From Eledone cirrhosa (taxonomy: Eukaryota), in contig OZ024743.1 of the NCBI GenBank assembly GCA_964016885.1, positions 134,168,001 to 134,232,000 on the forward strand: a DNA stretch of 64,000 nt, written 5' to 3'. The notes under the pieces were generated by a model. That model was not told the DNA's origin. It ran no database searches and saw nothing but the letters and a program-made list of their open reading frames with translations. Each line of letters opens with the position of its first letter. Position 1 is the stretch's first letter. A program made the translations under genes and the position numbers. Below are positions 58,201-64,000 of this stretch, in pieces.

Positions 58201-61200
58201 GTGCTTGGTCCTTGGTGCTTGGTGTTTGGTGGTTGGTGTTTGGTGGTTGGTGTTAGGTGTTTGGTGCTTGGTGCTTGGTGTTTGGTGTTTGGTGCTTGGT
58301 GTTTGGTGCTTGGTACTTGGTGCTTGGTGCTTGGTGTTAGGTGTTAGGTGTTTGGTGCTTGGTGCTTGGTGTTTGGTGTTTGGTGCTTGGTGTTTGGTGT
58401 TTGGTGCTTGGTGTTTGGTGCTTGGTACTTGGTTCTTGGTGCTTGGTGTTAGGTGTTTGGTGCTTGGTGTTTGGTGCTTGGTGTTTGGTGCTTGGTGCTT
58501 GGTGTTTGGTGCTTGGTGTTTGGTGTTTGGTGCTTGGTCATTGGTGTTTCTACTTGGTGCTTGGTGCTTGGTTCTTGGTGTTTGGTGCTTGGTGCTTGGT
58601 GTTTGGTGTTATATGCTTGGTGTTTGATGCTTGGTGCTTGGTGCTTGGTGTTTGGTGTTTGGTGTTTGATGCTTGGTGCTTGGTGTTTGGTGCTTGGTGC
58701 TTGGTGTTTGTACTTGGTGCTTGGTGCTTGGTGCTTGGTGTTTGGTGCTTGGTATTTGGTGCTTGGTGCTTGGTGCTTGGTCCTTGGTGCTTGGTGTTTG
58801 GTGGTTGGTGTTTGGTGGTTGGTGCTTGGTACTTGGTGCTTGGTGCTTGGTGTTAGGTGTTTGGTGCTTGGTGTTTGGTGCTTGGTGTTTGGTGCTTGGT
58901 GCTTGGTGCTTGGTGCTTGGTGTTTGATGGTTGGTGTTTGGTGCTTGGTGTTTGGTGCTTGGTGTTACGTGTTTGGTGCTTGGTGCTTGGTGTTTGGTGT
59001 TTGGTGCTTGGTGTTTGGTGTTTGGTGCTTGGTGTTTGGTGCTTTTTGCTTGGTGCTTGGTGCTTGGTGTTTGGTGCTGGGTGCTTGGTGCTTGGTGTTT
59101 GGTGTTATATGCTTGGTGTTTGATGCTTGGTGCTTGGTGCTTGGTCTTTGGTGTTTGGTGCTTGGTGTTTGATGCTTGGTGCTTGGTGCTTGGTGTTTGG
59201 TGCTTGGTGCTTGGTGTTTGGTGCTTGGTGCTTGGTGTTTGGTGCTTGGTGTTTGGTGCTTGGTGTTTGGTGCTTGGTGCTTGGTGCTTGGTGCTTGGTG
59301 TTTGGTGTTTGGTGCTTGGTGTTTGGTGCTTGGTACTTGGTGCTTGGTGCTTGGTGTTAGGTGTTTGGTGCTTGGTGCTTGGTGTCTGGTTTTTGGTGCT
59401 TGGTGCTTGGTGTTTGGTGCTTGCTGCTGGCTGCTTGGTGTTTGGTGCTTGGTGATTGGTGCTTGGTGTTTGGTGTTTGGTGCTAGGTGCTTGGTGTTTG
59501 GTGCTTGGTGCTTGGTGTTTGTACTTGGTGCTTGGTGCTTGGTTCTTGGTGTTTGGTGCTTCGTGCTTGGTGTTTGGTGCTTGGTGCTTGGTGTTTGGTG
59601 CTTGGTGTTTGGTGCTTGGTGTTTGGTGCTTGGTGCTTGGTGCTTGGTGTTTGGTGCTTGGTTTTTAGTGCTTGGTGTTAGGTGTTTGGTGCTTGCTGTT
59701 TGGTGTTTGGTGTTTGGTGCTTGGTGTTTGGTGTTTGGTGTTATATGCTTGGTGTTTGATGCTTGGTGCTTGGTGCTTGGTGTTTGGCGCTTGGTGTTTG
59801 ATGCTTGGTGCTTGGTGCTTGGTGTTTGGTGCTTGGTGCTTGGTGTTTGTACTTGGTGCTTGGTGCTTGGTTCTTGGTGTTTGGTGCCTGGTGTTTGGTG
59901 TTTGGTGCTTGGTGTTTGGTGTTTGGTGTTATATGCATAGTGTTTGATGCTTGGTGCTTGGTGCTTGGTGCTTGGTGCTTGGTGTTTGATGCTTGGTGCT
60001 TGGTGCTTGGTGTTTGGTGCTTGGTGCTTGGTGTTTGTACTTGGTGCTTGGTGCTTGGTTCTTGGTGTTTGGTGCTTGGTGCTTGGTGTTTGGTGCTTGG
60101 TGCTTGGTGTTTGGTGCTTGGTGTTTGGTGCTTGGTGTTTGGTGCTTGGTGCTTGGTGCTTAGTGCTTGGTGTTTGGTGCTTGGTGTTAGGTGTTTGGTG
60201 CTTGGTGCTTGGTGTTTGGTGTTTGGTGCTTGGTGTTTGGTGCTTGGTGTTTGGTGTTAGGTGTTTGGTGCTTGGTGTTTGGTGTTTGGTGCTTGGTGTT
60301 TGGTGCTTGGTGTTTGGTGCTTGGTGTTTGGTGCTTGGTACTTGGTGCTTGGTGCTTCGTGTTAGGTGTTTGGTGCTTGGTGCTTGGTGTTTGGTTTTTG
60401 GTGCTTGGTGCTTGGTGTTTGGTGTTTGGTGCTTGCTGCTGGCTGCTTGGTGTTTGATGCTTGGTGATTGGTGCTTGGTGTTTTGTGTTTGGTGCTTGGT
60501 GCTTGGTGTTTGGTGCTTGGTGCTTGGTGTTTGGTTTTTGGTGCTTGGTGTTTGGTGTTTGGTGTTTGGTGCTTGCTGCTGGCTGCTTGGTGTTTGATGC
60601 ATGGTGATTTGTGCTTGGTGTTTGGTGCTTGGTGTTTGGTGTTTGATGCTTGGTGCTTGGTGTTTGGTGTTTGATGCTTGGTGCTTGGTGCTTGGTGCTT
60701 GGTGCTTGGTGTTTGTTGTTTGGTGTTTGCTGTTTGGTGTTTGGTGTTTGCTTTTTGGTGTTTGGTGTTTGCTGTATGTTGTTTGGTGTTTGGTGTTTGG
60801 TGTTTGGTGTTTGGTGTTTGGTGCTTGTTGCTTGGTGTTTGGTGCTTGGTGCTTGGTGTTTGTTGCCTGGTGCTTGGTGCTTGGTGCTTGGTGTTTGGTG
60901 TTTGGTGCTTGGTGCTTGGACTTTGGTGTTTGGTGCTTGGTGCTTGGTGTTTCGTGTTTCGTTTTTGGTTTTTGGTGCTTGGTGCTTGGTGCTTGGTCCT
61001 TGGTGTTTGGTGTTTGCTGCTTGGTGTTTGATGCTTGGTGCTTGGTGGTTGGTGTTTTGTGTTTGGTGCTTGGTGCTTGGTGTTTGGTGCTTGGTGCTTG
61101 GTGCTTGGTGTTTGGTTCTTGGTTCTTGGTGTTTGGTGTTTGGCGTTTGGTGTTTGGTGCTTGGTGCTTGTTGTTTGGTGCTTGGTGCTTGGTGTTTGGT

Positions 61201-62320
61201 GCCTGGTGCTTGGTGCTTGGTGCTTGGTGTTTGGTGTTTGGTGCTTGGTGCTTGGTGCTTGGAGTTTGGTGTTTGGTGCTTGGTGCTTTGTGTTTTGTGT
61301 CTGGTGTTTGGTTTTTGGTGCTTGGTGCTTGGTCATTGGTGTTTGGTGCTGGGTGCTTTGTGTTTTGTGCTTGGTGCTTGGTGTTTGGTGTTTGGTGCTT
61401 GGTGTTTGGTGCTTTTTGCTTGGTGCTTGGTGCTTGGTGTTTGGTGCTGGGTGCTTGGTGCTTGGTGTTTGGTGTTATATGCTTGGTGTTTGATGCTTGG
61501 TGCTTGGTGCTTGGTGTTTGTTGTTTGGTGCTTGGTGTTTGATGCTTGGTGCTTGGTGCTTGGTGTTTGGTGCTTGGTGCTTGGTGTTTGGTGCTTGGTG
61601 CTTGGTGTTTGGTGCTTGGTGTTTGGTGCTTGGTGTTTGGTGCTTGGTGCTTGGTGCTTGGTGCTTGGTGTTTGGTGTTTGGTGCTTGGTGTTTGGTGCT
61701 TGGTACTTGGTGCTTGATGCTTGGTGTTAGGTGTTTGGTGCTTGGTGCTTGGTGTCTGGTTTTTGGTGCTTGGTGCTTGGTGTTTGGTGCTTGCTGCTGG
61801 CTGCTTGGTGTTTGGTGCTTGGTGATTGGTGCTTGGTGTTTGGTGTTTGGTGCTAGGTGCTTGGTGTTTGGTGCTTGGTGCTTGGTGTTTGTACTTGGTG
61901 CTTGGTGCTTGGTTCTTGGTGTTTGGTGCTTCGTGCTTGGTGTTTGGTGCTTGGTGCTTGGTGTTTGGTGCTTGGTGTTTGGTGCTTGGTGTTTGGTGCT
62001 TGGTGCTTGGTGCTTGGTGTTTGGTGCTTGGTTTTTAGTGCTTGGTGTTAGGTGTTTGGTGCTTGGTGCTTGGTGTTTGGTGCTTGGTGTTTGGTGTTTG
62101 GTGTTATATGCTTGGTGTTTGATGCTTGGTGCTTGGTGCTTGGTGTTTGGTGCTTGGTGCTTGGTGTTTGTACTTGGTGCTTGGTGCTTGGTTCTTGGTG
62201 TTTGGTGCCTGGTGTTTGGTGTTTGGTGCTTGGTGTTTGGTGTTTGGTGTTATATGCTTGGTGTTTGATGCTTGGTGCTTGGTGCTTGGTGTTTGGTGCT
62301 TGGTGTTTGATGCTTGGTGC
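49150..62320 (+). repeat. Tandem duplication with period 6,597/6,576 bp (21-bp deletion near 58,280)
   Basis: ORF pairs 49339/55936 and 50437/57034 (6,597); 51765/58341, 52389/58965 and 54970/61546 (6,576). Private markers are ATATGCATAGTG (~53355/59931) and GGACTTTGG (~54342/60918). Confidence 0.92.
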
Positions 62321-64000
62321 TTGGTGCTTGGTGTTTGGTGCTTGGTGCTTGGTGTTTGTACTTGGTGCTTGGTGCTTGGTTCTTGGTGTTTGGTGCTTGG
62401 TGCTTGGTGTTTGGTGCTTGGTGCTTGGTGTTTGGTGCTTGGTGTTTGGTGCTTGGTGTTTGGTGCTTGGTGCTTGGTGCTTAGTGCTTGGTGTTTGGTG
62501 CTTGGTGTTAGGTGTTTGGTGCTTGGTGCTTGGTGTTTGGTGTTTGGTGCTTGGTGTTTGGTGCTTGGTGTTTGGTATTAGGTGTTTGGTGCTTGGTGTT
62601 TGGTGTTTGGTGCTTGGTGTTTGGTGCTTGGTGTTTGGTGCTTGGTGTTTGGTGCTTGGTACTTGGTGCTTGGTGCTTCGTGTTAGGTGTTTGGTGCTTG
62701 GTGCTTGGTGTTTGGTTTTTGGTGCTTGGTGCTTGGTGTTTGGTGTTTGGTGCTTGCTGCTGGCTGCTTGGTGTTTGATGCTTGGTGATTGGTGCTTGGT
62801 GTTTTGTGTTTGGTGCTTGGTGCTTGGTGTTTGGTGCTTGGTGCTTGGTGTTTGGTGCTTGGTGCTTGGTGTTTGGTTTTTGGTGCTTGGTGTTTGGTGT
62901 TTGGTGTTTGGTGCTTGCTGCTGGCTGCTTGGTGTTTGATGCATGGTGATTTGTGCTTGGTGTTTGGTGCTTGGTGTTTGGTGTTTGATGCTTGATGCTT
63001 GGTGTTTGGTGTTTGATGCTTGGTGCTTGGTGCTTGGTGTTTGGTGTTAGGTGCTTCATGCTTGGTGTTTGGTGCTTGGTGCTGAGTGGTTGGTGTTTAG
63101 TGCTTGGTGTTTGGTGCTGGGTGCTTGGTGTTTGGTGCTTGGTGCTTGGTCTTTGGTGCTTGGTGTTTGGTGTTTGGTGCTTGGTGCTTGGTGCTTGGTG
63201 TTTGGTGCTTGGTGCTTGGTGTTTGGTGCTTGGTGCTTAGTGTTTGGTGCTTGGTGCTTAGTGTTTGGTGCTAGGTGCTTGGTGTTTGGTGCTTGGTGCT
63301 TGGTGTTTGGTGCCTGGTGCTTGGTGTTTGGTGTTTGGTGTTTGGTGCTTGGTGCTTGGTGTTTGGTGTTTGCTGTTTGCTGTTTGGTGTTTGTTGTTTG
63401 GTGTTTGTTGTTTGGTGTTTGCTGTTTGGTGTTTGGTGTTTGCTTTTTGGTGTTTGGTGTTTGCTGTATGTTGTTTGCTGTTTGGTGTTTGGTGTTTGGT
63501 GTTTGGTGCTTGGTGCTTGCTGCTGGCTGCTTGGTGCTTGGTGTTTGGTGCCTGGTGCTTGGTGCTTGGTGCTTGGTGTTTGGTGTTTGGTGCTTGGTGC
63601 TTGGAGTTTGGTGTTTGGTGCTTGGTGCTTGGTATTTCGTGTTTCGTGTTTGGTTTTTGGTGCTTGGTGCTTGGTGCTTGGTCCTTGGTGTTTGGTGCTG
63701 GGTGCTTGGGGTTTGGTGCTTGGTGCTTGGTCTTTGGTGCTTTGTGTTTGGTGCTTGGTGCTTGGTGTTTGGTGCTAGGTGCTTGGTGTTTGGTGCTTGG
63801 TGCTTGGTGTTTGGTTTTTGGTGCTTGGTGTTTGGTGTTTGGTGTTTGGTGCTTGCTGCTGGCTGCTTGGTGTTTGATGCATGGTGATTTGTGCTTGGTG
63901 TTTGGTGCTTGGTGTTTGGTGTTTGATGCTTGGTGCTTGCTGTTTGGGGTTTGATGCTTGGTGCTTGGTGCTAGGTGCTTGGTGCTTGGTGTTTGGTGCT

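Larger units (their letters stand above)
1..64000 (+). repeat. Heptameric tandem satellite array, consensus TTGGTGY (TTGGTGC/TTGGTGT), about 9,150 monomers, running off both window edges
   Basis: Every line parses into TTGGTGC/TTGGTGT units plus point variants (TTGATGC, TAGGTGT, TTGGTAC, TTGCTGC, TATATGC, TTGGTTC etc.). No orientation switch or non-repeat insert was seen. The ORF track shows the same 7-aa periodic peptide in all frames. Confidence 0.99.

Noticed and set aside
69-63050. TTAGG motifs resembling the arthropod telomere repeat (including doubled GTGTTAGGTGTTAGG at ~25261, 44720, 49123, 51758, 58334)
   Set aside because: They arise from a single T>A variant monomer (TAGGTGT) in 7-bp register and never form (TTAGG)n tracts.
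5143-63059. Long minus-strand ORFs with TPSTKHQ heptads (mucin-like or RNA polymerase II CTD-like)
   Set aside because: The DNA period is 7 bp rather than a codon-structured 21 bp, indels ignore frame, there is no non-repetitive coding flank, and the heptad does not match YSPTSPS.
14-63954. Hundreds of + strand ORFs encoding WCLVLGA-type hydrophobic repeats (apparent membrane proteins)
   Set aside because: They overlap in all three frames with the same peptide, have no unique domain, and start and stop at random variant monomers. They are an arithmetic consequence of the 7-bp repeat.
1-64000. CRISPR array or other repeat-spacer system
   Set aside because: There are no unique spacers, no 23-50 bp direct repeats separated by non-repeat sequence, and no cas genes.
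1-64000. Pure sequencing or basecalling artefact, or synthetic low-complexity sequence
   Set aside because: Rare variants recur at exact multi-kb offsets with a consistent nested history and very few random indels, which stochastic error would not produce. Mis-assembly of individual blocks is still possible.
1-64000. Transposon insertions, inverted repeats, hairpins, terminators, tRNA or rRNA
   Set aside because: No segment departs from the heptamer and the + strand is nearly A-free, so no extended self-complementarity exists. Only 4-6 bp palindromes (GTAC, ATGCAT, ACGT) occur.

Overview
The whole 64 kb window is one uninterrupted, single-orientation satellite array built from the heptamer TTGGTG(C/T) (minus strand (G/A)CACCAA), about 9,150 monomers. 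I see no unique sequence, gene, RNA gene, transposon, CRISPR array or inversion. All listed ORFs are by-products of a stop-free 7-bp repeat, which gives WCLV(L/F)G(A/V) on + and (T/A)P(S/N)TKHQ on - in every frame. The information lies in the variant monomers. They reveal nested higher-order duplications: about 18.4/19.5 kb head-to-tail, then 6.6, 5.1/3.4, 4.4, 2.84, 2.64, 1.97, 1.7, 1.16, 0.52 and 0.24 kb. They also show a recurrent 6-bp phase-shifting monomer (TTGTAC/TTCTAC), a breakpoint scar, apparent gene-conversion events and a T-rich sub-satellite. The scale and organisation resemble eukaryotic heterochromatic (centromeric, pericentromeric or subtelomeric) satellite DNA, but organism and function cannot be determined from this window. 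I found no evidence for a protein-based novel system. Block boundaries were inferred by eye from marker variants and ORF-track offsets and are approximate to tens of bp.
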